From an uncultured Sphingosinicella sp. (lineage in GTDB: Bacteria > Pseudomonadota > Alphaproteobacteria > Sphingomonadales > Sphingomonadaceae), in contig CBIGXQ010000001.1 in NCBI GenBank assembly GCA_966193865.1, forward strand, positions 3,761 through 67,760: a stretch of DNA of 64,000 nucleotides. Reading direction: 5' to 3'. Position numbers and translations under genes: made by a program. Shown here in pieces: positions 61,698 to 64,000 of the stretch (the stretch's first letter is position 1; every line of letters begins with the position of its first letter). The notes under the pieces were generated by a model, which was not told the origin of the DNA, did no database searches, and was given only the letters and a program-made list of their open reading frames with translations.

Positions 61698-62120
61698 TTA
61701 GCCGACGATCTCTTCGGGCTTGAAGAAGAAATCGATCTCGATTTTCGCATTCTCCGGACTGTCGGAGCCATGGACGCTGTTCGCCTCGATCGACTCGGCG
61801 AACGTCTTGCGGATCGTCCCTTCGTCGGCATTGGCGGGATTGGTCGCGCCCATAACCTCACGATTGCGGGCGACGGCATTCTCGCCTTCGAGCACCTGAA
61901 CCACGACCGGGCCTGACGTCATGAAGGCAACGAGATCGTTGAAGAAGGGTCGTTCGCGATGGACGCCGTAAAAGCCTTCCGCCTGCTCGCGGCTCATCTG
62001 GATTCGCTTCGAAGCGACGACCCTGAGTCCGGCCTCTTCCAGCTTGGCGGTGATTGCGCCCGTGAGGTTACGGCGGGTCGCGTCGGGTTTGATGATCGAG
62101 AATGTGCGTTCGGTCGCCAT
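61698..62120 (-). CDS. ndk: Nucleoside diphosphate kinase
   Basis: [22 protein letters not shown] and NSVHGSD motifs; promoter-like TTGCCC-N17-TAGAGA at about 62160-62188. Confidence 0.98.
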   Translation of the reverse strand: MATERTFSIIKPDATRRNLTGAITAKLEEAGLRVVASKRIQMSREQAEGFYGVHRERPFFNDLVAFMTSGPVVVQVLEGENAVARNREVMGATNPANADEGTIRKTFAESIEANSVHGSDSPENAKIEIDFFFKPEEIVG

Positions 62121-62218
62121 GGCCGAGAAAGCTCCGTATCTGTGGTGAAGTTGGGCGGCTCTCTAGGCGCGCGACGCGGCTCGGGCAAGCCCGCGACGCC
62201 GCGCGTCAGTTGGCGGCC

Positions 62219-63700
<1,482 letters not shown>

Positions 63701-63811
63701 TGAAACGGATCTCCTGCGGAGGCGACAAAAGGGGGGATGCCGATGCCATTGCAGGGAGCGGCCTCAGGTGCAATAGGCACGGCTGTCGTCTCGGCGAGAG
63801 CAGCGGGATTT

Positions 63812-64000
63812 GTGAAGACGTATCGACTGATCTGCCGGACTGCGCTCCCGCTCCTGCTTTGCGCCCCGGGCGCCGCCTTCGCGCAGGCGGAAACCGCGCC
63901 CCCTCCCGAGGAAATCGCGCAGGTCGCGTTCAGTGCCGATCAGCTCATCTACGACGAGAATGCCGATACCGTCACAGCGACCGGCGACGTCCGAATGAAC
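63812..64000 (+). CDS. lptD: LptD (OstA) outer-membrane assembly protein, 5' part (runs off window end)
   Basis: Manual translation from GTG 63812: signal peptide ...AAFAQ, then VAFSADQLIYDENADTVTATGDVRM (OstA jellyroll start); divergent from pepA. Confidence 0.75.
   Translation, partial: MKTYRLICRTALPLLLCAPGAAFAQAETAPPPEEIAQVAFSADQLIYDENADTVTATGDVRMN

Overview
GC-rich alphaproteobacterial chromosome segment, most likely Sphingomonadales (inferred from gene order, protein style and the absence of lpx genes from the bamA-skp-fabZ cluster). It is almost all core genome. In order: the metG-holB-tmk-dacA-mltB block, tRNA-Ser(TGA), a glutaryl-CoA dehydrogenase/CoA-transferase pair, rpmE, a cobalamin riboswitch with btuB/F/C/D-like genes, the rpsB-tsf-pyrH-frr-uppS-cdsA-dxr-rseP-bamA-skp-fabZ cluster, psd-pssA, icd, a Kef-type antiporter, a DUF763-like gene, alaS, a Vgb-like beta-propeller plus cytochrome c, a divergent EF-G paralog, several transporters, recA, cckA, smpB, dapA, slt, greB, ppk2, aspS, rnd, hdaA, purMN, ndk, pepA and the start of lptD. 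I saw no CRISPR array, prophage, transposase or rRNA. The most notable non-obvious signal is a set of alphaproteobacterial LexA (SOS) boxes, each overlapping a plausible sigma70 promoter. They lie at recA (expected), at an unannotated 59-aa membrane microprotein ending in -AA that runs antisense into pssA, and at the HhH-containing DUF763-like gene. Other items: a cobalamin riboswitch lacking the usual GCCACTG/GGGAAG extension, a 19-bp inverted repeat centred on a putative pyrH -35 element, a REP-like palindrome, several probably leaderless mRNAs, and an EF-G paralog lacking the catalytic His. All calls come from reading the sequence and recognising motifs; no searches were run.
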